Positions 13,576 to 27,580 are shown, counted from the stretch's first letter. The stretch: DNA of 64,000 nucleotides from Octopus sinensis (GCF_006345805.1 NC_043005.1:50778001-50842000); one strand, 5' to 3'. Translations and numbers: made by a program. Notes: a model not told the origin generated them from the sequence alone.

Positions 13576-15851
13576 TTTATCTTAAACTCAGTAGTAAATG
13601 AATAATCCTGCGATGAGTAATGAGTAGCTCTGCGATGGAATGGCGTCCCGTTAAAGGAGTAATGTGATTTTGCTCACTTATACGTCATGGAAAATGGATA
13701 ACAGGCTCTATCAGTCCTAGGACTCGAGACAGCAATGACCAAGTAACCTTCGGTCAGCCCATACGTTGCGAGTGAAATTGGATAGATAAAAACTGTGTGG
13801 AACCCGCCGCGTAGATTTTTTTAGATTCAAAAGCGCAGCCTTGATATGCTGATTCCTCCTCGGAATTATATTGAGGACACACGTGACTTACATACTAATT
13901 AATGTATCTGATAATCTAAGTGACGGAACAAGCGAATGCCCATAGTCGGAATATCTGACCGACATCCATTTCACTTCGACGTCTGATGTGTGGTGCACCC
14001 TGCAACTGTGCGGGAAATGTCGATTTGATAAAGGGATCGAGCTAAGGTACATCCATTTATTTTGCTCGTATTAAATATAAAGCTGTAGACTAGAGAGTCC
14101 CGGTATATCGGGGAGGAAGCTTTCCGGCATTCGTTCCAGCTGTCTGAGCTCAGAGTTGAAACCGCATTGCTTTCAACCGGTACCAATAAAGTATCAGTAT
14201 TGAAATCGTTACCTTTTCATTTTCTCCTTCGTTCTTTGTGGAAGAAACCAGCCCTGGTCAGATCTTGAACCGAATTAATCCTGCCATATTTAGTTGTCCA
14301 ATTAACTCGTTATGTTAAATTCAATGAGGACCTAACGATCCAGAGAAAGGTATCTATATATTCTAGCTTCCGAAGAAGTAAGCAGACAAAAGGTGATTGT
14401 CTCTCGATGCTGTATGTTTAATGTAAATCTACAGTTGGCATTTGCCTGTCGTGATGTGATGGTTTACATGGTTGATATTGATTTTTCTTTTAATGGTTTC
14501 GTCTAGAAGAATGAGCTATGGCTACGATCTTCTCACACTCACTTCCTACGAAACTGGTAAAGTAAATGCAGTTGATGCACTTTAACAACGGTAAGGGGAA
14601 AACTGGGCAGGCGGAAGGGTAATGTGGTGACGTCATGAATGACGAGAGATTAGATTAACCGTTAATGTGGAATCTAGGGGAGTAGACAGTATACTTTTGA
14701 TCTATTCTTAGAATTTTCTTTTTAAGTTGTTTTTTTCTTTTTTATGTTGTTCCATATGCTGGAAAAATGTTTCTTGGTTGTCTCTCGAGTCCAAGAAAGA
14801 CAATTCCGCAAATATTTGCTGTTCAATCTGCAGAGGTGATTGGCTTAGAGAGATGAAATGTTTGTGATGTACGCTAGTTCACTCCCTCCATCAGATTGAC
14901 GTTGCCTGAACAGGTACACGGTGCGCCACATGTTAGATGTCAAAATGGTGAAATGAAGTGTTTTGCTCAAGAACACAACGAAATCACGATCGCAAGATCA
15001 TGAGTATAACAATCTAATCACTAGGTCACTCAAACAAAACAAAAGGAAAGCAAAAATGAAAAAATATCCCCCAAAAAATTTTTAAGGAAGCTTTTTTAAC
15101 GGATTATAATTTTTCAACGTACCGCATATTTAATTTCTAATTTAAACCTTAATATGTCTTCATATGGAGGAAGAAAACATGGTTTCGTTATTCTTGTTGC
15201 ATTTTGGTGGAGACTAACATGTAAACTGGATTGAAGATCTTCATTTTTTAAAAATCTATGCTTGCAATAAGAATATGAAAACTCCCTCTAGGGACTTTTA
15301 AAAGTTTGACCAACAAGCAAAGGCAATTACTCAGTTACGGTACCAACCAGATCAAGCTTTTAGAAAATACAGATAATGCAATTAATAATGGAACTATTCT
15401 TTAAATCCAGTCGATGAAAACAAAGGACAAGTTCCAAAACTTGTTTGACCTCTTCTAAGAAAAATATGTATTCCAGTTAACAAAGATTTAGAGACGATCA
15501 CATCTCTTTTCAGTTTTTTAAGCCATTTTTTCTTTGTTTTAGTTGCAGCTGTACTCCTATTACTTATACGTTGCAACCATATTTCTAATATATACGTATA
15601 CATAAATGCATTCATACATATATAGGAATTTAGAAAGATAATACACACCCACACCCACACATACATACATACATACGCACAATACAATACAATATACTGA
15701 ATCCATTATGTAACTTTTTCATGTTGATAAAATATTTTTTTTGCTAATTTCATTAAGTTTTTGTCGTGTGAGATTTTCTACCGTTTGTGAGTGCATAGAT
15801 ATATATTATGTATGTACGTATGTATGTATGCATATGTAGTATATACATATG

Positions 15852-15896
<45 letters not shown>

Positions 15897-15900
15897 GTGT

Positions 15901-15940
<40 letters not shown>

Positions 15941-15965
15941 GTGTATACATACATATATATGTATA

Positions 15966-15997
<32 letters not shown>

Positions 15998-16089
15998 CAT
16001 ACATATATACATACATACATTCATACATACATACATGCATGAATGAATGCATACATACATATACATACATACATACATACATACATACA

Positions 16090-16121
<32 letters not shown>

Positions 16122-16296
16122 CCCACACGCCATATAAGCCAGAGTTAGTAAAATAGATTACAGAAACAAAAAAAAACTTTGTCGAGCGGAAGACTGAGAT
16201 AAAAGTAAAAAAACAACACGTAATGGATGTGGGGGTGGGTGGAGGTGGGAGATGAGGACAAGAAAAAAAGATAACGAATGTTTGTAAAAGAATGGA

Positions 16297-16331
<35 letters not shown>

Positions 16332-16441
16332 GAGAGATACTGGAAGGGGAGACAAAAAATGTCATGCTAAACTGTCTGAATCGACAGTGAATGGTGATTT
16401 CTACTTATGTTGTTGGAAAAGCTTCAATTTGGGAATATAAC

Positions 16442-16472
<31 letters not shown>

Positions 16473-16477
16473 AATAA

Positions 16478-16510
<33 letters not shown>

Positions 16511-16580
16511 TATATGTATGTATGTATATATATGTATGTAGATATATATATATGTATGTATATATATATATATATGTATG

Positions 16581-16614
<34 letters not shown>

Positions 16615-18394
16615 TGTATGTATGTATGTATGTTTGTTTGTATGCATGTATGGATGGATGAATGGAGGGATGTCTTTGTGTTTAAGTTAATGTTGTAAAC
16701 ATTACATCAGAGATTAATCTGTATGTATGTAAGTTATGTAAGTATGTGTATGTATACATACACATGAATATATATATATATATATATGCGTGTGTGTATG
16801 TGTGTGTAGTGAGAGAGAGAGATACATAAATACATATGTATATGTGTGTGTGTGTATGTGTAAATGTATGTAGGCATAGGCTTTTATACATCTTTATCAT
16901 GTACATGAATGTATTCGTGAGTGCGCATATACGTGTGTAGACAGGTAGGTAGTTGTTGTGTACCTGCGTGTATATGTGTATGTGTGTAAGTGTGTACGTG
17001 TGTTACTGTGTGTGTGTGAGTGTGTTTGTGTCTCGGTGTCTTGGTGGTTATCTATTTAGAGTTAAATTTCTAACGTCTAAAAATAGCATTTATTATTCGT
17101 TAGCCTGTGTTTCGTGAGTAAAACTGTTCAGGGAATTCATTCAAAAATAGTTAACGGCTATTTTGTGAAATATTGGTGTATGCTTTATCAATAGAGTTAC
17201 TATATTCGTTGAGAGAAGTGCAATTATATCATACTGATATCGATGTTGTTGCTTGGTCCCAGGCCATCCCTTATCGAATAGATTTATAATCAAAAGCGAC
17301 CCAACCAGGACCATCCTGTCTTTTAAACAATACCTAAGAATCTATTATTCAATAAATTTATTATTCCAAAGATGGTAGGATGGGATTTAAAGGAGGAATA
17401 TTTAGTGGAATTTTCTATGAAGAATAAGAACCATGTAGAAGACTCTCTTGTGGAGAGCTGGTTGCGAGAGCTACCTTTATGCTGCTGTTCGTGTTATTGT
17501 TCTTGTTGTTGCTGATCGTGTTGCTGTTGCTGTTGTTGTTAACATAGCCATCCAATATAGTTTTTTTTTCTTTTTTCCATGCATATTCAAAACCAGATTA
17601 TATAATGCAATGTGTCGCTGTCGCGGGCGTCGTCATTGCTGTGATGATGACGGTGCTGGCGGTTGCTGTGTTTGTGTTGGTGGTTATAGTGGTGATCATG
17701 ACGATGGTGAACATGGTGGTAGGGGTGATGGCGATGGTATAGGTGGTAGTGCCAGCAGCAATGGTGGTGATGATGGTGCTTTTATCATTGTAGTTGTTCA
17801 GTCCCATATCAATCCTGATCGAGTAGACCTGCGCTTAAAGACACTTCAAGTCGCTTGGGTGTAACTTAAGGAAAATTTGACTGCTATTTCTAGTAGTTTG
17901 AATGATCATATAGACTAGACGTTCACCCATTGGCTACGTCTTGTTGTTTTCTCCAACAGCAACTACCATTTTAGCAATGGCTGTTGCCGTTGCTGCTGCT
18001 GCCGCTCTTGTTATTGTTGTTCCTAAACCTCTTGATTGAGTAGATCAATAAACAAAAGCGTTCTGGCAATTCGGCCACCACCACCCTGTCGCTACTGCTA
18101 CACCCATTGGTCGATGCATTCGTAACTATCCTCTTTCAAACAAGGGGAAATTATTTTGGTCGTTATGTTTAGCCAGCCGAGTTACCGTACAGAACATCCC
18201 TTGTAGTGACAGCTATTCTAGTAGCAGTCGATGTTGTTGTTGTCGTTGTTATTGGCGTAGTACTGCTTTTATTTCTTTCTTTTATAGTTGTTTAGAAGGC
18301 CAATCGAGACGTAACACACGTACTATGAGCGTATTTACAGACGTAACCACCCCGTCGATTTTACAGACATTGTATACGAAAAACAAAATAAAGA

Positions 18395-18715
18395 TTGGCA
18401 CTCAGTCAGTTACGACGATGAGGGTTCCAGCTGAATCGATCAACGGAACAGACTGATGGTGAAATTAACGTGCAAGTAGCTGAGCACTCCACAGACACTC
18501 GTACCCCTTAACGTAGTTCTCAGGGAGATTCAGCGTGACACGAAGTGTGACAAAGCTGGCCCTTTGAATTACAGGTACAGCTCATTTGTGCCAGCTGAGT
18601 GGACTGGAACAACGTGAAGTAAAGAGCCTTGTTCAAGGACACAACGCGTCACTGAGAATTGAACTCGCGACCTCACGATCGAGAGCCGAATACCTTAACC
18701 TCTAAGCCACGTACT
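18395..18715 (-). mobile_element. SINE family D, near full length
   Basis: Minus strand reads GTGGCTTAGAGGTTAAGGTATTCGGCTC...GAGTTCAATTC...TCCCTGAGAACTACGTTAAGG. Other copies lie at 22250, 26925 and 28777. Confidence 0.8.
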
Positions 18716-19185
18716 TTCACCATTGTATATATAGGAGTGCATTACTCAATGTGTTCTTCGTTTTTAAAGACGCTAGAGCAACGGTCCCCATTGGGTGACG
18801 ATGACGGATCTGTTCTGAAAAATGGTGCCTCATGGTATGACATTGGTCATACACCTATAGTTGGCTGTGATAATGTAGCCGCGAAAACAAAGTCAATAGT
18901 GTTCTTGCCGGACGCACATGTATTGCTTGTGATATCGGTGTGACTGTGTTGGAAAATGAACCTATAGCAATGAAGCCGATCCAGGGATCCTCTTGTTGGC
19001 AATGAACCCGGGCCACTGAAAATGATGGTGGTTAGGTTATAAGAATGATGCAGGTGTGATGAAGGTAGAAACTATCATTATTTATCGCTGCTGCTGCTGC
19101 TACTAGTGCTGCTGCTGCTGCTACTACTACTACTACTGCTGCTGCTACTACTACTACTACAACTGCTGCTGCTGCTACTACTACT

Positions 19186-19222
<37 letters not shown>

Positions 19223-19425
19223 ATGATCATGAGGATAATGACAGAACTGTGTTGAAGACATAGCCTATAGTTGTAACACTTGTACATCTGCTGTTAATGA
19301 TAATCACGTAAATGTGCTGAAAATGGTGCTATATCTATCATTTGTTGTTGTTGTTGCTTGTATTGGTGGCGTTGGTGCATATGATGGTGTTGATGATGAT
19401 GATGATGTTGTTGTTGTTTTTGTTG

Positions 19426-19457
<32 letters not shown>

Positions 19458-19799
19458 GGTGGTGATGATGATGATGATATGGAGGGCGAGGTTGGGAGGA
19501 TAGTGGTGTTAGCAGTGATGCTGCTGCTCCTGCTGCTGATAAGGAGGAGAAGGAAGAGGAAGAGGAGGATAGTAGTGTTAGCAGAGATGCTGTTGCTGCT
19601 GCTGTTGATGATGATGATGTGATGACGGTATTAAAATATGTTGAGAAGGCTAAAAGAAGACATCAAATAAAGAATGAAATATCGAAAACTGAGTGAAAAT
19701 GGATTGGTGGACGATATAAAATATTGTCTTATTGCAATTTGACACATAGTCTGATATTGACAGAACTAGCGTTTCAGTATATGTGTGCGTGCATGCGTG

Positions 19800-19846
<47 letters not shown>

Positions 19847-21034
19847 ATGTGTGTGTGTATGTGTTTGGACATTTGGATGTGTGCGTGAGAAAGAGAGGAG
19901 AAAAAGAAAGAGAGAGAAAGTGAAAGTAGGGAAACCAACATCAAACATTCGACTTGGTAAATGTAGCAATCGACAAATTATCTTTTGGTTCGTTTTTCAA
20001 ATGCTCTATGAAAGATGTGGATAAAAATTGCCCATAACAATCATGTGTGTTTCATGAATTTTTGCTTTGTGCAGAATTTCCTCAATGCATTATGAACTCA
20101 AACATGGCCAATTGATAGAACATCGAATAATGCAACGCTCTACCGCGGTTGATTTAGCCTTTTATCTTTTTAGTATGGATAAAAGTAAAATGTAGCAATC
20201 AAATACTGAGATTTGTGCATCGACAACACATGTCCCCTTCAACATATATATAGTATTGAGCCATTTTAATCCAGATAAAATCATAGCTACGGTTTCTAAC
20301 GTTTTATACTCAGTTATTAAAGGGGGTAGCGTCTATTTCTGTATCCTTAAACGTGGTTAATTTTGAGATAATAGGGAACCTCTACTTGGTCATTATTTGA
20401 TTTACTTAAATTAACAGCTAAAACTTACATATATCAGATATTACCGTCATGAAAAAGTGGAGACATGTTAGGTAATATAGTATTAGTTATCCCTGAAAAG
20501 ACTGGCTGGGCACGAGTGGAACGTCATGGATGAGAGGTCAGCTTGTTTGGAGCCGCACTAGGGCTAAAACAACAACGAGAACAACAGCGATAATAACAAC
20601 AACAATTTTGATCACAATGATTACAACTTTCACTGGTATCTTTCATTCTTTCAAGTATTTAAAGCCAAAACGTTGTTATTCTTTTAGATTCTTATAATGT
20701 TTCTTCTGCACATATTTTCACATTGAGATAGGTCACACAAACAACACCTGTCAACATATTGGTGGTCATTTCAAAGGTTGAATACAAATTTTATGGAATA
20801 GTTCGCTCTGATATGTGCTGTTCAAAATCTCAACACAATTTATTTTCCTTATTCTTCATAAAACCAATCTACATTTTATGCCCACTGAATGTTTTTGAAT
20901 TAATCGTCCTTGTTTTGCCCAAAATTCTATCAGTGGTATCATTAATTAATCATCACGTCTTTCTATTTAATAATAAGTATTTTACATCCAGATAGCAAAA
21001 CATGGTTTCTGCATATGCTTCATATTATTCTTTT

Positions 21035-21242
21035 CTAATATAGGAACAAGGCCCGAAATTTTAGAGAAAGGGGCTAGTCGATTAGATCGACCCCAGGACG
21101 CAACCAGTACATAATTTATCGACCCCGAAAGGATGAAAGGCAAAGTCGGATTCGGCGGAATTTGAACTCAGAACATAAAGACAGACGAAATACCGCTAAG
21201 AATTTCGCTCGGCGTGCTAACGTTTCTGGCAGCTCGCCGCCT
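21035..21242 (-). mobile_element. SINE family A
   Basis: Matches 208-440 (CGAAAGGATGAAAGGCAAAGTC...GCTCGCCGCC). Confidence 0.85.
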
Positions 21243-21702
21243 TACCTGATTCGTATTATTTTCACACAATTAAATATTTTCGCTTTCTCACATTCTGCCA
21301 TTTATTCCTGCATGTTACTGATAGAACAAGTTGGTTAGTACACGGTTTACAGCCGTAAAAGAAGTGAAAGTAAATTGTTCTAAAAAATGTGAAAATAAAT
21401 TGCGATAGAAACCAGAAGAGGTGACAGTCACATCCTAAAATTTCATAAAAGCAAGAAAAAGAACTCCCGCATATGCCACGGCCACTGTCACATACCTGCG
21501 TGTATAGTGCCTTCTAGTCACTTGGAGGTATTATAGACGCAGGTATATCACTAGAATCTAGCGATATGTTAAGTATTTCAGAAGTAGTAACTGAAAAGCA
21601 CCGTTTTAGTGTACTATACCCAACAAGCAGCAAATTTCACAGAGAAGCATGATTGTTTTGACCTTATATAAAATATATGTATGGTTTTCATGTTATATTA
21701 AA

Positions 21703-22205
21703 CTAGCAGTATCGCCCGGCGTTGCTCGGGTTTGTAAGGGAAATAACTATATAAGCATTTTTAGAGAGTTACTTCCCTTATAAATTCGGGCTTTCTTAGC
21801 CATTTTTATTTTGGTGTCTTCAAGCCATGAAGTCGTTGTTCTAAAAGAACGCTGGTTTCCTTCACAACGCATTACGACGTTGATTTCTTTACACTCCATT
21901 CCCCACAGCTTCACGAGGGAGGGAAGGGGGAGAAGCAAACAGATGCAGCTGTGAGCGTGGACGCCAACTCCGCCGCCATCGACATACGATGCATTTTATG
22001 CATTAAAATGGAATAAAAAATGATGTTAAATTTTTAAAATCGTAGACTCATCGTTGACGCGCGCTAATAGTCAGACGGGCTCGATATGAATCACGACTAT
22101 AAGATACCCGAATTTGGTTAAACTGCACCGCAAAATGTGGGAGGAGTTAGGAATCTAAATCGAAGGGGACAGACACTCACACAACTAGAGTTTTATATAT
22201 ATTAA
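21703..22205 (-). mobile_element. Non-autonomous Helitron
   Basis: The minus-strand 3' end CCCGAGCAACGCCGGGCGATACTGCTAG is a subterminal hairpin followed by CTAG and then T. The other end resembles a TCTATATATATAAAA-type 5' terminus. Confidence 0.75.
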
Positions 22206-22249
22206 ATATATATATATGTTCTAGGTTTAATATAACATGAAAACAGTAC

Positions 22250-22670
22250 TGTGGAGTGCTCAGCCACTTGCACGTTGATTTCGCGAGAAGGCTGCTCTGT
22301 TGATCGGATCGACTAGAATGCCGCTCGTCGTCGTAAATGACGGAGTCCCAGTTGTACGTTCTATGCATCGGTTACGTCACACACACTGTTTACACGAAAT
22401 CATGGGCTGTCACTGTCGACACTTCCGGTTCCTACTGCAATTTACTTTTCATTATTTTTAGAACAATTAAAGCAGCGAGTTGTCAGAATGGTTAGCACGC
22501 CGGACAAGATGATTAGCGGCATTTCGTCCGGCTTCACGTTCCGAGTTCGACTTTACTTTTCATCCTTTAGGGGTCCATAAAATATGTGCCAGTCGGATAC
22601 TGGGGTCTATGCAATCGACTAGTCCCCCCTCCTTCCTAATTTTCAGGCATTCTGCCTATAATAGAAAGGA
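22250..22670 (+). mobile_element. SINE D 3' fragment (22250-22350) and SINE A (22472-22670)
   Basis: GTGGAGTGCTCAGCCACTTGCACG, then GCAGCGAGTTGTCAGAATGGTTAGCACGCCGG...CATCCTTTAGGGGTC. Confidence 0.7.
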
Positions 22671-23421
22671 TTATTTTTAAAACAATTTACTTTCACGAAC
22701 AGCATGTTATCCACCATATTCACTTCGTATTTAAGTCACTGCTTAACTATCCATCGCATTATTTTAAGCGTAGCCTATGCATACATCTCACTATGTATAG
22801 TTTAATCTATACACAACTACTTCTGGCCGTTATATATTTATTTATATTTATTTTTTATTTAATTTTTTTTTTTTTTTTTTTTTTTGCAATTGCTCCCCGT
22901 TACCGACATTCCATCCAACCAATATATCAAACCACCACAAAATTAGATGTTTGCTCTCGTGATTGATTGCTTGAATGTCCGCTATGGTATCTCAGAATCT
23001 GCTGAAGTTTGTTGGAAAGTCTAATATTTTATTAATGCGTACAAAGCAATTTATAAAAAAACAAAAACAAAAAAATGTTGCATTCTTTTTGCCTTGTCTT
23101 TCGAAAATTTGCGTTTCTTTTTAAAATTTTTTTAAAAATTTCAATATTAATTAGCGGGTCAAGTCTATAAAACATATAATGTGCTGGGTAGAATGTTAGT
23201 TATTTGAAGACGAAATTAGTTTCACGAAAAATCAAGTGAAGAAGAAATATATTTTTAAACACAATAATTACATATAAACTCAATAAATTAAAAATATTGG
23301 TGGCTGTGATAGTTAGTGTTGCGAAATATGTTAAAATACTGACCACACACGCAGATATATAATCACACAGTTTCTTATAGATATAGCTGAGTGTAATAGC
23401 GTAAAATATATTCAAATACTG

Positions 23422-23473
<52 letters not shown>

Positions 23474-23591
23474 TGTTATATTTCGGAATGGTCATTTTGC
23501 CAGTTTAGCCAATAAAAACACACGCACTATATATTTGGTGTTATTTTGCTTCATTGTTATTTATTTTTTACATTAATCTTAATCTTATTTC

Positions 23592-23635
23592 GGCCAGAGT
23601 TCTTTCGTCACACTCCTGTGACCGCATCAGTGGTC
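23592..23635 (-). ncRNA. Hammerhead-like motif (variant core)
   Basis: Minus strand reads GACCA-CTGATGC-G-GTCAC-aggagt-GTGAC-GAAA-GAAC-TC-TGGCC. Confidence 0.5.
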
Positions 23636-23701
23636 CTTTGTTTTCTTCTTTCTTATTTGTGTCTCTCCTTACTAACCGTCAGCCATATATATATCAAATA
23701 C

Positions 23702-24583
23702 TATCATATTATCGACAATATAATGCGCACGGGCATATAAAGGTACACCCCAATTTTGGCAGGCTTAATATGTAGCTAACCCCGGATATCCAAGCTCAGA
23801 GGTCGGGGAACTTGTTTTAACCAATTACCTCAAGATATATTCATTTACGCCAACGTTACACCCTTAATTTGAAAGGAAGAAAATCATACATTCTTTGGAT
23901 TCAAAAGGTTTATTGAATCTGTTTATATTAATCTATTTACACGTCCATTTCATCGGACAGGTGCAATGTTGCCAGAAGAAAAATTCTGCCGTAACAAGGA
24001 ACACGATTTTATATAATTTTGCTTATGTCTAATGAGTCCTCTTTACCCACAAGAAGTTCATTTTTACACTGTTTGGGATAATTTACACCCGTTCGCTGGC
24101 CCCTGCCCTAGCTGAACGTCTCACACATTTTTGTGTGTAGGAACCATGAAAATTTAGACTGACACCCTTTGATAAGGTATAATGGTAGGCTAAGTAACAA
24201 CACTTACCTCAACGCTACTAAATATCACCACAAACCTCCACCGTACCCAACATTGGTTTCAAATTTTGGCACAAGGCCAGCAATTTTGGTGATGGCATAA
24301 GTCGAATACATCGACTCCAGTGTTTCACTGGAACTTATTCAATCGACCTCGGCGGAATTTTAAATTAGATCGTAAAGACGGACGAAATGTCGCTAAGCAT
24401 TTGCCCAGCATGCTAACAATTCTGCCAGCTAGCTGCAGTTCCCGTCACTAATATCGGTCCGTCATTAATAAAACTAACCATGTCTACCCAAAACCGAACC
24501 CCAGCATATAAGGTGCAGAGGTGACTAGGGGGGGGGCAACTTTTTGGAAAGAAAATGTGCGCCTTATATGTCGGAAAATAAGG
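23702..24583. mobile_element. Probable Tc1/pogo-type non-autonomous element with a SINE A inside (24255-24435)
   Basis: Right end GCGCCTTATATGTCGGAAAATAAGG. The degenerate left end reads ATTATCGACAATATAATGCGCAC. Subterminal GCATATAAGGTGCA-like repeats are present. Confidence 0.4.
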
Positions 24584-24591
24584 AAATAAAA

Positions 24592-24647
<56 letters not shown>

Positions 24648-25041
24648 GCACACACATTTACACGCCGAACCACATGACATGCATAGGTACATGGCACAGC
24701 AACACAATTTATTTCAGATATTGTTCGCTATAATAGTAATATATACTCCAGACTACCTATGTATAGAAATATTTCCTTTTGTTTTCATTGGTTAATGTTT
24801 GTAATATTTCTTTTGCTAATATAATGGAATCATATGTGGTGTCTGCTATGAAAATAGGCTCTCTAGTCTACTTCACAAGTGGTTTGTTTTTTTCATATTT
24901 TATAAGCATTACTTATACATACTTTTATACATTACTTTTGCATTTCTTTCACATTTCTCCATCACCAAATTACATTTGCACGGTATTTTCTGCTTCTCTA
25001 ACCTGGCACCTCATTTCTATATACACTTTATCTTTTCTAAC

Positions 25042-25079
<38 letters not shown>

Positions 25080-25368
25080 TAATAATAATGTATCACTTCA
25101 GTCCTTATAAACATACGCACAAACACGCGCATGGTATACCTACATACAGATATAGGCACACAATATCTGTAAAATAAATAACCGTGGTTGATATAATCGA
25201 CTAAACACTTGAAGGGTCGTCCCAGCAATGGCTGCAATAACTCGGAAACGATTGGTTAACTCCTACTACATTGCCAACCATTCCTCCCACCAACGCTCAC
25301 ACCCACCACTTTATCGACGATATTTCATGCTAAGTAACTCACACCACTCGCTCACCCGCCCTCACCCA

Positions 25369-25411
<43 letters not shown>

Positions 25412-25625
25412 GTGTGTTTCGCAATCTACACCTCATTCACTGCGATTGCTTTCACATTTATTTCCTGTCTTCACCTTTTTAACCTTCTTCTTCGCTTTTA
25501 ATGGTCATTACATAAGAGTGATATGAAGCTAAAGAAAACAGCTACCGCACTGCTAAAGAAACAGTCGCGTAGCTAATAGACTCACAAGCAGAGACGACAG
25601 AAAGATAAGGCAAAAAAAAATAATA

Positions 25626-25695
<70 letters not shown>

Positions 25696-25993
25696 GGTAC
25701 ATAAAGAGGAAAATTCTATGCGATCGCTTGACATGCTGGAAATATCGGTTGATTCTTCAAGAAGGAAGAACACATTGAATGATGTACCCTGAATATACTG
25801 TAAAATGAAAAAAAAAGAAGCGATGGTCGCGGCTGTTATAGGTTTCACCATTTTCTGTCGCCGACTGAAGCTAAATAACATTCGAAATTACAAAGAAATT
25901 GAACGGTCTCTCGCTCTCTCCCCCTCTCTCTCTTTCCGTTCATCTCTCCCTCCCTCTCTCCACCTCTCTGTCGCCCTCTTTCTATTTATCTAT

Positions 25994-26058
<65 letters not shown>

Positions 26059-26180
26059 CATCTATCAGTCTGTTTGTCTATCTATATTAATGTTTTCATG
26101 TTGAATTGTAAATAAAAGCAATTTACCATTAACCTAAAGAATCACTCAATACATTTTTGTAGAGAATCCTTGACCACTAG

Positions 26181-26253
26181 ACCACATGGTCTAGTGGTCA
26201 AGGATTCTTGGCTTTCACCGAAACGACTAGGGTTCGATTCTCGACATGGGGGA
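26181..26253 (+). pseudogene. tRNA-Glu(TTC) pseudogene
   Basis: CCACATGGTCTAGTGGTCAAGGATTCTTGGCTTTCACCGAAACGACTAGGGTTCGATTCTCGACATGGG closely follows the metazoan tRNA-Glu(TTC) sequence, with mismatches in the anticodon and T stems. Confidence 0.7.
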
Positions 26254-26426
26254 CGTCCCTAAATTTGTATCATAATTCTACAAGAAGAGCTGAGACATTG
26301 ATTTCGAAGTTTCGGTATGTTAGCCTTTGTCGGACAGGCCGAAACATCGAAGTGACCCCTCTTCTTATAAAAGTACAATAAAAATCTATCTATCTATGGT
26401 TCTCTCTCTTTCTCTCGTCTCTCTCT

Positions 26427-26468
<42 letters not shown>

Positions 26469-26486
26469 GCCGGTCTCTCCTATTCT

Positions 26487-26707
26487 TTAACCCTTTAGTT
26501 TTCAGATTATTTTGTCAAATGTAATATCTATTTATCCACATTATTTTGAATTAATCATGCATCATCTTGCAGCTTTGAGATTTCCATGATGTGATTGTTT
26601 ATTTTTAGAAGGACACGGCATCTGAGAGGTTGCATCTGACTGGTTTGAACAAAAAACAGGTAGAACATTGAGGCCGGATATGGCCGGTTGGAATGCTAAA
26701 GGGTTAA
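26487..26707. mobile_element. piggyBac-type MITE
   Basis: TTAA-CCCTTTAG ... CTAAAGGG-TTAA, i.e. TTAA target duplication with CCC/GGG TIRs. Confidence 0.75.
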
Positions 26708-27180
26708 CTGTTTACATAGCTGTGTGCGCTCGTTTATGTCCATGTTTTGGTAAATACGTGATTGTATTAACATGAAGAAGCCAAGTAAGGAAGATTAATG
26801 TCAGACGGTAAGCTATAAGCATGTGACTTTGTGGTGGCGGAAAAACATTGATTGGTTGACAATTACTAACTCTGAGTATGGATAGTCATATACTTCAATA
26901 TTTGAATAGCTACAGAAATGGCCTGGCTCTCCGTCGATTGCGACGTGACATTAACGCCCAAGTGGCTGAGCACTTCACAAACACGCGTACCATTAACGAA
27001 ATTCTCAAGGAAATCCAGCTGGTCCTTTGAATAGCGGGTACAATACAATTTCTGCCACATAAGTGAACTGGAGCAATGAGAAACAAAGTGGAACGCAGTG
27101 TTTTAGTTTTTATCTGAATTAAAAAAGAAACAAGTATAGATGTTCACAAGCGTAAATGTGTTGACTTGCATATATATATT

Positions 27181-27407
27181 GCTTTATTGCCCAGAAGGGG
27201 CTAAACATAGAGGGGACAAACAAGGACAGACATTGGTATTAAGTCGTTATATCGACCCCAGTGCGTAACTGGTACTTAATTTATCGACCCCGAAAGGATG
27301 AAAGGCAAAGTCGACCTCGGCAGAATTTGAACTCACAACGTAACGACAGACGAAATACCGCTAAGCATTTTGCCCGGCGTGCTAACGTTTCTGCCAGCTC
27401 GGCGCCC
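27181..27407 (-). mobile_element. SINE family A
   Basis: Near-identical to 208-440. Confidence 0.85.
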
Positions 27408-27518
27408 TAAATATATATGTGTGTGTGTGTGTGTAGGCCTGCATAACACACCCACACATACATACATATATAGGTGTGTGTGTATGTATCTGTGTGTTTG
27501 TGTGCCTTTGGATGTGTA

Positions 27519-27557
<39 letters not shown>

Positions 27558-27580
27558 AACCAAAACAATATGTAGTTTAA

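Noticed and set aside
13975-14025. CTGATGT...GGAAATGTC HHR-like spacing
   Set aside because: Core mismatch and no convincing stem II.
18760-19025. Possible minus-strand exon after TTTTCAG
   Set aside because: All three frames hit stops and no recognisable domain is present beyond a vague TIDFVF motif.
22372-22432. CRE-like TTACGTCA plus ETS-like ACTTCCGGT as a promoter (similar motifs at 57190-57250)
   Set aside because: Short motifs are expected by chance and no downstream gene is identifiable.
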